This document shows, one piece after another, positions 39,305 through 48,473 of a stretch of DNA of 64,000 nt. The stretch is from contig CAZGGZ010000001.1 of NCBI GenBank assembly GCA_964525415.1, positions 6,284 through 70,283 of the forward strand, read 5' to 3'. A program made the position numbers and the translations under genes. The notes beneath the pieces are model-generated. The model was not told the origin of the DNA and made no database searches. It saw only the letters and a list, made by a program, of their open reading frames with translations. Each line of letters opens with the position of its first letter. The first letter of the stretch is position 1. The DNA is from an uncultured Rikenellaceae bacterium. Lineage in GTDB: Bacteria; Bacteroidota; Bacteroidia; Bacteroidales; VadinHA17.

Positions 39305-40396
39305 ATGAAACCCGACAGATCAAATTATGAAATATGGCTGATTGACTGGCTTGACGGAAACCTCGATGAAGCCCGCACGGAACAGCTTATGGCTTTCCTT
39401 GACGAAAATCCTGATCTCAGGGAGGAGGCAGATTCATTGTCATTGACCCGTATTGTACCGGAAAACGGACCATCCATTGCTAAAAGCATGCTTAAAAAAT
39501 CTCCAAAGGATCTTCCTCTGCCCCAGATTGAATTCCTTTCAGTCGCATATCTTGAAAATGACCTCTCTGCAGAACAGATAAAAGACCTGAAAGAGAATAT
39601 TGCAGATAATCCTGACAGCAGGATGCTCTTTGAGACAATGCAGAAAACCAGGCTTAAACCCGGGGATTACCGGTTCAGGTATAAAAACCGGCTTTTAAGA
39701 AAACCACTTTCAGAAAGGATATTACGCATCTCGGCGATCGGACTGAGCGCAGCGGCAGCAGTTACAGTTCTTATTGTCAGCTTCCTTGCCCTTCCGCGCA
39801 CATTCAAAACAGAACAAGAGAGCATTGCCATGAATCCTGTAAAAGACACCATTGTCATCCGCTCCGGAAATATTCTTAATAATAAAGAAAATGTCGCTTA
39901 CATTGAAGAAATGACGGTCAGGATCAATTCTCCCGAAATCGCTTTACCGGATATTACTGTTGCTGAAGATCAGAATACAGTTTACATTTCTGAAAATTCA
40001 GAGACACTCCCGGAGCGTAATACCGAGTATTTTGTTTCTGCTGTTCCTGTTCTTTCAGGTTTTGAAATAAGCAATGAAATAACATCAGCTTCCCTGGTTG
40101 CATCTAACATTATTACCATTGATCCTCAGAATTATGATCCTGAAAGAGGAAGGATAAGAAAATTCATTGCCAGCACATTCCGTGAAAAAATACTTAAAGA
40201 TGAAGTATACAATGATACTCCGCTTCAGCCATATGAAATAGCTGAAGCAAGCATAGGTGGCCTTAACAAGCTTCTTGGATGGGAAATGGCCCTGGTAAAG
40301 ACAACTGATGATGAAGGTGAAATGCAATCCTATTACTTCAGCTCAAGGGTGCTGAGATTCAATGCCCCTGTTAAAAAGTCCAATCCTTCACTGTAA
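39305..40396 (+). CDS. Putative membrane-spanning anti-sigma factor
   Basis: Starts 2 nt after the sigma gene. The N-terminal anti-sigma-like helix region is YEIWLIDWLDGNLDEARTEQLMAFLDENPDL, with a single TM helix (ISAIGLSAAAAVTVLIVSFLAL) and an extracytoplasmic C-terminus. Confidence 0.6.
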   Translation: MKPDRSNYEIWLIDWLDGNLDEARTEQLMAFLDENPDLREEADSLSLTRIVPENGPSIAKSMLKKSPKDLPLPQIEFLSVAYLENDLSAEQIKDLKENIADNPDSRMLFETMQKTRLKPGDYRFRYKNRLLRKPLSERILRISAIGLSAAAAVTVLIVSFLALPRTFKTEQESIAMNPVKDTIVIRSGNILNNKENVAYIEEMTVRINSPEIALPDITVAEDQNTVYISENSETLPERNTEYFVSAVPVLSGFEISNEITSASLVASNIITIDPQNYDPERGRIRKFIASTFREKILKDEVYNDTPLQPYEIAEASIGGLNKLLGWEMALVKTTDDEGEMQSYYFSSRVLRFNAPVKKSNPSL

Positions 40397-40448
40397 CTTT
40401 TCAGGTATGATGTACGTCCCGGCAATAGAAACACTTAAAAGGACAGTC

Positions 40449-41408
40449 ATGAAAAAGATAGGAATTATTTTATTGCTGGCAGCAATAATAACACAGGGAT
40501 TCAGCCAGGAGAGTTCGGCTGAAAAGAAGGAGCCGGTAAAGCAGGAAGCCGTTAAGGACACGAATGAAATAACCCGTGTCATTGTCGGCAACGACCTGGT
40601 TGTAGTTGAGAACGACGAAGAGGCCGTCAAAGTCAAGGTTGGCAACAGGGGTGTTGTCATACTGGAATCGCTTGAGGAAGGCGAATCAAAGATCCAGTTT
40701 GAAAAATATGATGAAGGTGATGAGGATTCCTTCTTTGAATATTACAGGGAAGATGATGAGAATGACCGGGCTCAAAGAAGGAACCGGTTCAAAGGTCACT
40801 GGTCGGCTTTTGAGGCAGGGATAAATAATTACCTTACCTCCGATAACAGCCTTACATTGCCCGAAAGCATTGATTATATGAATCTTCATTCATCCAAATC
40901 GCTGAACTTCAATATTAATTTTTCCCAGATGAGCCTGGGATTTACAAGACATTTCGGAATTGTAACAGGACTGGGCATAAACTGGAACAATTACAGGTTT
41001 GATGGAAATAACAATATCCAGAAGGGAGAAGGAGGTATTATTGAAATACTTGATCCGGGTGTCCTGCTTAAGAAGTCCAAGCTTTCAACAGCTTACCTGA
41101 ATCTGCCGTTCCTTCTTGAGATCCAGATTCCTGCTGATTATCATACTCTTAATCTGGCATTCGGTCCGGTAGGTGCCATAAAGCTCTATTCCAGTTCAAA
41201 AATGATATTTGAAGACGGCGACAAGATAACATCCGATGGCGATTTCAGTCTTAATCTCTTAAGGTACGGCGTAACGGCCCGTTTCGGATTTGAGAATTTT
41301 CATGTCTATGGAACTTATTACCTGACTCCGCTTTTCAAACCGGGAAAGAGCCCTGACGGCGTGGAGCTGTTCCCGTTTGAACTAGGACTTGCATTCACTG
41401 TTAACTGA
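40449..41408 (+). CDS. Outer-membrane beta-barrel protein with acidic N-terminal extension
   Basis: Signal peptide MKKIGIILLLAAIITQGFSQ, an E/D-rich region of about 110 aa, then an OMP_b-brl-like C-terminus (GVTARFGFENFHVYGTYYLTPLF). Confidence 0.65.
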   Translation: MKKIGIILLLAAIITQGFSQESSAEKKEPVKQEAVKDTNEITRVIVGNDLVVVENDEEAVKVKVGNRGVVILESLEEGESKIQFEKYDEGDEDSFFEYYREDDENDRAQRRNRFKGHWSAFEAGINNYLTSDNSLTLPESIDYMNLHSSKSLNFNINFSQMSLGFTRHFGIVTGLGINWNNYRFDGNNNIQKGEGGIIEILDPGVLLKKSKLSTAYLNLPFLLEIQIPADYHTLNLAFGPVGAIKLYSSSKMIFEDGDKITSDGDFSLNLLRYGVTARFGFENFHVYGTYYLTPLFKPGKSPDGVELFPFELGLAFTVN

Positions 41409-41441
41409 TTATTTTTCATTCCTTTCCTCCATCCAACGCCT

Positions 41442-41449
41442 TATCTTTG
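41442..41449 (+). promoter_or_regulatory. -7 box (TATCTTTG) about 120 nt upstream of pepE
   Basis: Exact TAnnTTTG. It implies an unusually long leader. Confidence 0.3.
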
Positions 41450-41568
41450 TAAATCAACCATTAATATTATGGCGGACGATTTATTATCAACCCGGGAGAT
41501 CAGGAGGTACAGAAGGAGTGCTCAGCGATAAAATGCTGATATGACTTAATAACATTAAAAGATATACC

Positions 41569-42273
41569 ATGAGATTATTACTAATCAGTAACTCGACCAA
41601 TCCGGGAGAACCCTATCTTGACTACCCGAAGAAAAACATCTTTGATTTTCTGGGTGCCAGTCCCGTAAAAGCATTATTTATCCCTTACGCTGCTGTTACA
41701 TTCTCGTATGACGTATATGAACAGAAGGTTTCTGAAAGGTTTCGTGAAGCGGGACATGACATAGAGTCAATCCACAGGTTCAGTGATCCTGTTGCAGCTG
41801 TAAAAAATGCTGCTGCCATTGCTGTCGGAGGTGGAAATACCTGGAAGCTGCTTAAAACGATCAGAGATAATAATCTCATTGATGCAGTAAGGAAAAAAGT
41901 AATGAATGGAACCCCGTATATAGGATGGAGCGCCGGATCAAATGTGGCTTGTCCGACAATCCGGACAACCAATGATATGCCTGTAACACAGCCTGATTCG
42001 TTTGATGCCTTTAACCTGGTTCCCTTCCAGATAAATCCTCATTATCTTGATGCTAATCCTGAAGGCCATGCCGGCGAAACAAGGGAACAAAGGATAGAAG
42101 AATTCATTGAGATAAATCCTGATGTTTTTGTTGTAGGCCTGAGGGAAGGGACAATGCTCCTGATAGAGAATGGCATTATTAAGCTGACAGGGCCAAGAAA
42201 AGCAAGAATATTCAGGAAAGGAACCCTCCCCAAAGAACTTGGCACAGGCGAGGACCTCTCCTTCCTGCTATGA
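41569..42273 (+). CDS. pepE: Dipeptidase E (peptidase S51, Asp-X dipeptidase)
   Basis: 234 aa with MRLLLISNST, GGGNTWKLL and the nucleophile context IGWSAGSNVACP. Confidence 0.9.
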   Translation: MRLLLISNSTNPGEPYLDYPKKNIFDFLGASPVKALFIPYAAVTFSYDVYEQKVSERFREAGHDIESIHRFSDPVAAVKNAAAIAVGGGNTWKLLKTIRDNNLIDAVRKKVMNGTPYIGWSAGSNVACPTIRTTNDMPVTQPDSFDAFNLVPFQINPHYLDANPEGHAGETREQRIEEFIEINPDVFVVGLREGTMLLIENGIIKLTGPRKARIFRKGTLPKELGTGEDLSFLL

Positions 42274-42302
42274 TTCAAGGTCTCACATTCATCCAAATGA
42301 AT

Positions 42303-42310
42303 TACCTTTG
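42303..42310 (+). promoter_or_regulatory. -7 box (TACCTTTG) for the AsmA-like operon
   Basis: Exact TAnnTTTG about 41 nt upstream of ATG 42352. Confidence 0.3.
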
Positions 42311-42351
42311 TCAACTGATATCGGCGCAACTACCAGGTATCAGGACAGAAT

Positions 42352-44979
42352 ATGAGACTATTTTTCAGAATCCTTAAGATATTTGCTGTTCTGATTATTG
42401 CAGTTACTGTAATTCTCTTTTCCGCTTCGTTCCTGATGCGGGATAAAGTTGCCGGTATTGTAATTAAATCACTGAATAAGAGCATAACAACGAAATTTGA
42501 ATTTGAGTCCGTCAGGTTATCTTTCCTGAGGAAGTTTCCAAAAGCATCCCTTGACCTTAAAAACGTTCTTGTACACTCATCCCCGGATTTTGACAAAAAA
42601 GCTTTCGCCGGTATGGATACCGATACTCTCCTCGCTGCAAAATCAGTATTTATCGAATTCAATATTGCAGATATTTACCACGGGATTTACAATATTGACA
42701 GGATAGGAATAAAGGATGGTTTACTGAAGCTGTTCACCGATACTTCAGGTATGGTAAACTACGATATCTCAGTTGAAACCGGAGAGGAGAGTGAAAGTAA
42801 CTTTACAATTGACCTGAAAAAGATCTCGCTGAGCAGCCTTCGGGCATATTATAACAACCTTGCAACTGAGCTTGTAATTGAAGGAGTCATGGAAAACGGC
42901 CACCTCAGGAGCAGGTTATCCGGTGATGAAATTGATTTTACAGCTGCTTCAGAAATGCGTATTGATAATTTCCAGCTATACAATACAAGAATTACCAGTT
43001 CTATCCCGGCTGAGATTGATATCAATCTTCAAAGCTCCGACAGCGGTATTCGTTTTAATAAAGGTTATCTGAAAGTTGATGATTATTCTTTTTCTGTTAA
43101 TGGTTTCATTTCATCTGAAGATGTGCTTGATTTATCACTTGCTGGTGAAAATCTAGATCTGCCGGGAATGAAGAAGTATCTCCCTGAAGAATTCCTGAAA
43201 AAAATTTCCGGGTATGATCCTGCCGGTATACTTCAGATAACCGGTACTGTCAGGGGACCTGCGAGCAGAACTGCATATCCAGAGATAGAAATCAGTTTCT
43301 CCCTGAAGGATGGTTCTGTAACCCTGCCGGATAATAGCTTCAACCTTAACAGTGTCTTCTTTTCAGGTTCCTATTCAAATGGCACAGAACATAATCCCGT
43401 GACAAGCTCCTTTACCATAAACAACTTCAGCGGGAATCTGGGTTCAGCGCAATATACAGGATCTTTAACTCTCAGTAATTTTGATTCCCTGAATGGGGCG
43501 CTTCAGCTAAAAGGGAAAGTGATTCCTGCTGAGCTGAAGGATTTTTTCAGGGTAAAGGCTATCTCCTCATCAAAGGGATCCATAGATGTTGATCTTAAAC
43601 TGGAAGGTGCGCTGCCGGATAAGGAGAAATTTGAATTCTGGGATATTCTTGATCTGAATCCGGTTGCAGATATGATTTTTAATTCTTTTTCACTGGGTCT
43701 AAAGAATGACAAAATCAGGATATACGGGGTTACCGGGAACTTGTACTTGTCGGATTCAGTAACAGCGGAAAATTTCCGGATCGGATACAGGGAACATAAT
43801 TTTATTGTAAACGGGATCTTTAAAGATTTACCTGAGTGGTTCGCAGGCAAACCAGTAATGCTTATCGCTTCAGCCTCCCTCAGGTGTGACCATCTGGTTC
43901 CTGAATCACTCTTTTCATCTTCATCAGGGCAGGAATCTTCTTCAGACACAAAAAAGGCAACTTCATTTCCTTCAGACATTATACTTGATCTGAATTATAG
44001 TATTGACACACTGAGGATTAAAAAATTCAAAGCTGAAAAAATTACCGGAACACTCAGCTATAAACCAAAGGTATTAAACATTAAAAACCTGAGCCTGAAC
44101 ACTCTTGACGGGAAAATTTCCGGTAATGGTTTTATTGTTCAGAATCCTGACAGATCGTTTAATGCCAGGGCGAGTCTTGATCTTAAAGATATCAACATCA
44201 ATTCCGCATTCATGTCATTCAATAATTTCGGTCAGGACTTTCTCCGGGCAGAAAATATAAACGGGGATCTTTCCGGCTCTCTTTCCCTGCTTCTGCCTGC
44301 TGATTCACTATGGAAGATTGACATAAAATCAATAAATGCAGAGGGTGAATATGTTATCGTGAATGGATCACTGGTCGATTTTGATCCCGTCAGGCAGCTC
44401 AGTGCTTTCATAGAGCTTTCGGAGCTTGAGAATATAAGATTTGAGCAACTTGAAAATGATTTCTTCATAAGGAACAACTACCTGTATATACCACAGATGG
44501 ATGTGAAATCAACTGCGGCTGATTTATCAGTCAACGGAAAACACAGTTTTGATAATGATTATGAATATCATGTGAAGATCCTGCTGTCAGAAATACTCAG
44601 CAGGAAACTTAAGAAACCCAAACCCAATACTACAGAATTCGGAGCTGTAAAAGATGACGGACTGGGCCGCACTTCAGTTCTTCTTAAAATTGAAAGCACG
44701 GGAGATGATGTAAAGGTAGGCTATGATGTGAAGGCTGCAGGAAATGAGATCAGGAATGATATCAGAACTGAAAGGCAAACCCTTAAAACAATCCTGAACG
44801 AAGAATACGGATGGTTTAAGGATGACACAGCTGAGGCTGCAGCGGAAAAACCAGCAGCAGGTGTACCCAGATTCAGGATAAGCTGGGAAGAGACTGATAC
44901 TGTAACTGTTGAAACCGCTGAACCTCCTGAAGAAAACAGGGAGAATCCATTGAAAAATCTATTTAAAAAAAGAAGATAA
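42352..44979 (+). CDS. AsmA-family protein (N-terminal membrane anchor, long beta-rich periplasmic body)
   Basis: 875 aa. The N-terminal TM helix is LKIFAVLIIAVTVILFSASFL, followed by repetitive beta-strand-rich sequence, and the C-terminal region DVKSTAADLSVNGKHSFDNDYEYHVKILL is AsmA_2-like. Confidence 0.75.
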   Translation: MRLFFRILKIFAVLIIAVTVILFSASFLMRDKVAGIVIKSLNKSITTKFEFESVRLSFLRKFPKASLDLKNVLVHSSPDFDKKAFAGMDTDTLLAAKSVFIEFNIADIYHGIYNIDRIGIKDGLLKLFTDTSGMVNYDISVETGEESESNFTIDLKKISLSSLRAYYNNLATELVIEGVMENGHLRSRLSGDEIDFTAASEMRIDNFQLYNTRITSSIPAEIDINLQSSDSGIRFNKGYLKVDDYSFSVNGFISSEDVLDLSLAGENLDLPGMKKYLPEEFLKKISGYDPAGILQITGTVRGPASRTAYPEIEISFSLKDGSVTLPDNSFNLNSVFFSGSYSNGTEHNPVTSSFTINNFSGNLGSAQYTGSLTLSNFDSLNGALQLKGKVIPAELKDFFRVKAISSSKGSIDVDLKLEGALPDKEKFEFWDILDLNPVADMIFNSFSLGLKNDKIRIYGVTGNLYLSDSVTAENFRIGYREHNFIVNGIFKDLPEWFAGKPVMLIASASLRCDHLVPESLFSSSSGQESSSDTKKATSFPSDIILDLNYSIDTLRIKKFKAEKITGTLSYKPKVLNIKNLSLNTLDGKISGNGFIVQNPDRSFNARASLDLKDININSAFMSFNNFGQDFLRAENINGDLSGSLSLLLPADSLWKIDIKSINAEGEYVIVNGSLVDFDPVRQLSAFIELSELENIRFEQLENDFFIRNNYLYIPQMDVKSTAADLSVNGKHSFDNDYEYHVKILLSEILSRKLKKPKPNTTEFGAVKDDGLGRTSVLLKIESTGDDVKVGYDVKAAGNEIRNDIRTERQTLKTILNEEYGWFKDDTAEAAAEKPAAGVPRFRISWEETDTVTVETAEPPEENRENPLKNLFKKRR

Positions 44980-44982
44980 TCA

Positions 44983-46131
44983 TTGAACGGTTACCGTAAT
45001 AAAACCTCCTGGATGCTTTTCCTGTTCCTGTTCGCAATACTTACAGGCATGGGATCTCTTGTTTATACCCGCTATCTCGTTGGTATCCTTAAAAATGAAG
45101 AGAGGAAAAAGGTTGAGCAATGGGCTGAAGCGACAAGGCTATTGTTTCTTGCCGATTCAAGCCAGAATATCGAATTCCTCTATTCCATCATTGAAACCAA
45201 TACAACAATTCCTGTCATCCTTACCGATGAAAAAGACAGCATCATCAGCTCTGGAAATTTTGATGAAATCAGGATACGTGATCCCCTGTACCTGAGGGCT
45301 CAGCTTGAAAAAATCAAAAAGAAAAACAATCCTATTATCATTGATCTGGGTAAGAATCATGCTAACCTTATCTATTTTAAGGACAGCATTATTCTTTCCC
45401 AGCTGAACTATTATCCATATGTCCAGATGGGCATTATTGTACTGTTCATCCTTGTGGCATACCTTGCATTCAGTTCATCGCGAAAAGCAGAAAGCAACCA
45501 GGTGTGGTTAAGCATGTCAAGGGAAACTGCTCACCAGCTTGGCACACCCACATCTTCACTGTCAGGATGGGTTGAAATACTACAAAGTAAATACCCGGAA
45601 GTTACACTTACAAAAGAGATTTCACTTGATGTTGAAAGGCTTGAAAAAATAACTGAGCGGTTCTCAAGGATCGGATCAAAACCTGTTCTGAACAATGAGA
45701 ATATTGTGACAATTGTTTCACGTACTCTTGATTATATTAAATCCCGAACGTCATCAAAGATAAGGTTCATCACTGGTTATAATGAAACCGGGGCTGTAAT
45801 TGTTCCTCTCAATGCTGCCCTTTTTGAATGGGTGATTGAGAATGTGTGCAAGAATGCCATCGATGCGATGGAGGGCAGCGGCGAAATAAGGATCAATATT
45901 TCTGAAACAGAAAAGAACGTTATTATTGATGTATATGATACCGGGAAAGGCATCCCCAAAAATGCTTTCAAAAAGATCTTCAATCCGGGCTATACCACCA
46001 AGCAGAGAGGATGGGGCCTGGGACTTTCACTTGCCCGGAGGATAGTTGAAGATTTTCACAAAGGCCGCATCTATGTAAGGCATTCAGAAGTCGAAAAAGG
46101 ATCGTGCATAAGGATAGTCATGAATAAATAA
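44983..46131 (+). CDS. Orphan sensor histidine kinase (2 TM, periplasmic loop, HisKA + HATPase_c)
   Basis: 382 aa with H-box RETAHQLGTPTSSL, N-box ENVCKNAIDAM, G1 DTGKGIP and G2 GWGLGLSLARRIV. Confidence 0.88.
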   Translation: MNGYRNKTSWMLFLFLFAILTGMGSLVYTRYLVGILKNEERKKVEQWAEATRLLFLADSSQNIEFLYSIIETNTTIPVILTDEKDSIISSGNFDEIRIRDPLYLRAQLEKIKKKNNPIIIDLGKNHANLIYFKDSIILSQLNYYPYVQMGIIVLFILVAYLAFSSSRKAESNQVWLSMSRETAHQLGTPTSSLSGWVEILQSKYPEVTLTKEISLDVERLEKITERFSRIGSKPVLNNENIVTIVSRTLDYIKSRTSSKIRFITGYNETGAVIVPLNAALFEWVIENVCKNAIDAMEGSGEIRINISETEKNVIIDVYDTGKGIPKNAFKKIFNPGYTTKQRGWGLGLSLARRIVEDFHKGRIYVRHSEVEKGSCIRIVMNK

Positions 46132-46138
46132 TCAGTCA

Positions 46139-47395
46139 ATGAGGAGGAAGGATTTCGAGATAATGGCTCCTGCAGGATCTTATGAATCACTAGCTGCTGC
46201 AATACAGGGCGGTGCTGACTCGGTCTATTTCGGCGCAGAGCAGCTCAATATGAGAGCCGGTTCTGCAAATAACTTTACCCTCTCCGACCTGGGGAAAATA
46301 GCTGAGGTCTGCAAAAACAACGGATTAAAAAGCTATCTCACAGTAAATGTTGTTGTCTATGACAGCGAAATAAAACAGATGCATGAGATCATTGATGCTG
46401 CTGTTTCAGGCGGGATCTCAGCAATAATAGCATCCGACATCTCAGTTATTGATTATGCATTCCGGTCAGGGATTGAGGTACATATTTCAACACAGCTTAA
46501 TATTTCAAATGCAGAAGCCCTCAGGTTCTACTCGCAATGGGCCGATGTCGTGGTGCTTGCCAGGGAGCTGAATCTCGATCAGGTAAAGCAGATATCCGGT
46601 ACAATCCGTGAACAGAATATTAAAGGACCAGGGGGCAACCCGGTAAGAATCGAAATGTTTGCCCATGGAGCTTTATGCATGGCAATCTCCGGAAAGTGCT
46701 ATCTCAGCCTTCACGAGAATAATACTTCAGCAAACCGGGGAAACTGCTACCAGACATGCCGTAAATCCTATATCGTTACAGAGAAGGAATCAGGGTATCA
46801 GCTTGAAGTTGATAATGAAAATATTATGTCACCAAAGGACCTTTGCACAATCGGATTTATCGACAAAATGATTGATGCCGGGGTTACAGTATTCAAAATT
46901 GAGGGACGTGCCCGGTCTGCAGAGTATGTGAAAGTAGTCTCTTCTTGTTATGATGAAGCTGTAAAATCAGTTATTGACGGAACTTATTCTTCTGACAAAA
47001 CCGATGCCTGGAAACAACGTCTTTCCATGGTATTCAACAGGGGTTTCTGGGATGGCTACTATCTCGGGCAGAAACTGGGAGAATGGAATAACGGGTATGG
47101 ATCAGCTGCCACAAAGAAAAAAGTATACCTGGGTAAGGTAACCAACTATTTCACCAGGCTGAAAGTAGCTGAGATCAAGGTTGAAAACGGCAATCTGACC
47201 AGGGGTGACACAATCCTTATCATCGGACCGACTACAGGAGTGATTGAACATACTGTCAGCGAGATACGTGTCGATCTTAAGAAGGCCGATACGGCTGAAC
47301 AGGGCGAGCTTTGTTCAATAATGGTCCCTGATTACCTCAGGAGGTCTGATAAAATCTACAGGTGGGTAAATGCTGAAGATATAAGGAAGCATTAA
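46139..47395 (+). CDS. Peptidase U32 family protein (TrhP/YrrO-size class)
   Basis: 418 aa with the U32 signature EMFAHGALCMAISGKCYLS and the N-terminus EIMAPAGSYESLAAAIQGGADSVYFG. Confidence 0.9.
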   Translation: MRRKDFEIMAPAGSYESLAAAIQGGADSVYFGAEQLNMRAGSANNFTLSDLGKIAEVCKNNGLKSYLTVNVVVYDSEIKQMHEIIDAAVSGGISAIIASDISVIDYAFRSGIEVHISTQLNISNAEALRFYSQWADVVVLARELNLDQVKQISGTIREQNIKGPGGNPVRIEMFAHGALCMAISGKCYLSLHENNTSANRGNCYQTCRKSYIVTEKESGYQLEVDNENIMSPKDLCTIGFIDKMIDAGVTVFKIEGRARSAEYVKVVSSCYDEAVKSVIDGTYSSDKTDAWKQRLSMVFNRGFWDGYYLGQKLGEWNNGYGSAATKKKVYLGKVTNYFTRLKVAEIKVENGNLTRGDTILIIGPTTGVIEHTVSEIRVDLKKADTAEQGELCSIMVPDYLRRSDKIYRWVNAEDIRKH

Positions 47396-47405
47396 ACTGA
47401 CCGGA

Positions 47406-48473
47406 TCACCAGGTTATCTTATTTATAGCTTTAAGTACTTTCCCGGCATTTGATTCAATATCATCAGTGTCTGTTTCGACATATACCAGGTTCTTTGCCT
47501 GTTTTCGCCTGATGCCATACAGGTAGGTTTTATCGTAGTATTTAAGGGTGATCTCTACAGCCTTTGTGAAATCGCCGGTGCTGATGGCGTTCAAAGCATC
47601 CCTGGTATTGTCACCTCCCAGCCTCTTGCTTATCTTCTGAACTGATTCTATAAGCATCTCCGGCGGGTAAGCTGAATATTCCCTGACAAGACCGGGCAGT
47701 CTTTTCTGTATTTCCATCATGAGTATTATTGTCGGGTATTCCTGCATATTATTATAAAAAACATCCGGTATAAATACATTTCCGATATTGCGGCTTTCAT
47801 CTTCCATCCACACCGGGAGATCAACGCTCTGCTTTCTCCATTCATCATAAAGAAGATTCGCGAAATGTTCTGTGGTTGGCTGGGGCGGCTGGCCAAGTGC
47901 TCCGAATGCTGATCCTTTGTGGTTTGCAAGTCTCTCCAGATCAATTATCTGGTGACCAAGATCTTTCAGATATCTCAATATATGCGTTTTACTGCTTCCT
48001 GTCAATCCGCCGAGAATAATTGTTTTTCTTTTTCCCGACAGTTTTGCAAGGATATGGGAACGGTATGCCTTATAACCTTTCTCAAGAACCCTGATTTCAA
48101 TATCACCAAGGGAAAAGAGCCATGCCATTGCTTCTGATCTCATGCCTCCCCTCCAGCAGTGAACAAGTAGTTTACCGTTCCGGGCTATTCCGAGGGCTTC
48201 CTTAAGCTTTAAATGCATTGCAGGACCCGATAGTTCAATACCCTTCATTATAGCTTTGCTGCGCCCTTCTTTCTTGTATCTGATCCCTACGGTTTCCCTC
48301 TCCCTGTCATCAAACAGAGGAATATTATACGCTCCCGGAATATGTCCTGAGTTAAATTCTGAAGGAGATCTGACATCTATTACCGGGATGTTTTCAGCCA
48401 GTTCCAGAAATTCGGAGATATCTGTCTTTTTCAGATGAGGCAGCTTTTCAGTTCTTCTTAAAGTGTTTTGCAA
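47406..48473 (-). CDS. mnmH: tRNA 2-selenouridine(34) synthase
   Basis: 355 aa with a rhodanese domain (active Cys in VHCWRGGMRS) and the P-loop GGLTGSSKT. Confidence 0.9.
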   Translation of the reverse strand: MQNTLRRTEKLPHLKKTDISEFLELAENIPVIDVRSPSEFNSGHIPGAYNIPLFDDRERETVGIRYKKEGRSKAIMKGIELSGPAMHLKLKEALGIARNGKLLVHCWRGGMRSEAMAWLFSLGDIEIRVLEKGYKAYRSHILAKLSGKRKTIILGGLTGSSKTHILRYLKDLGHQIIDLERLANHKGSAFGALGQPPQPTTEHFANLLYDEWRKQSVDLPVWMEDESRNIGNVFIPDVFYNNMQEYPTIILMMEIQKRLPGLVREYSAYPPEMLIESVQKISKRLGGDNTRDALNAISTGDFTKAVEITLKYYDKTYLYGIRRKQAKNLVYVETDTDDIESNAGKVLKAINKITW

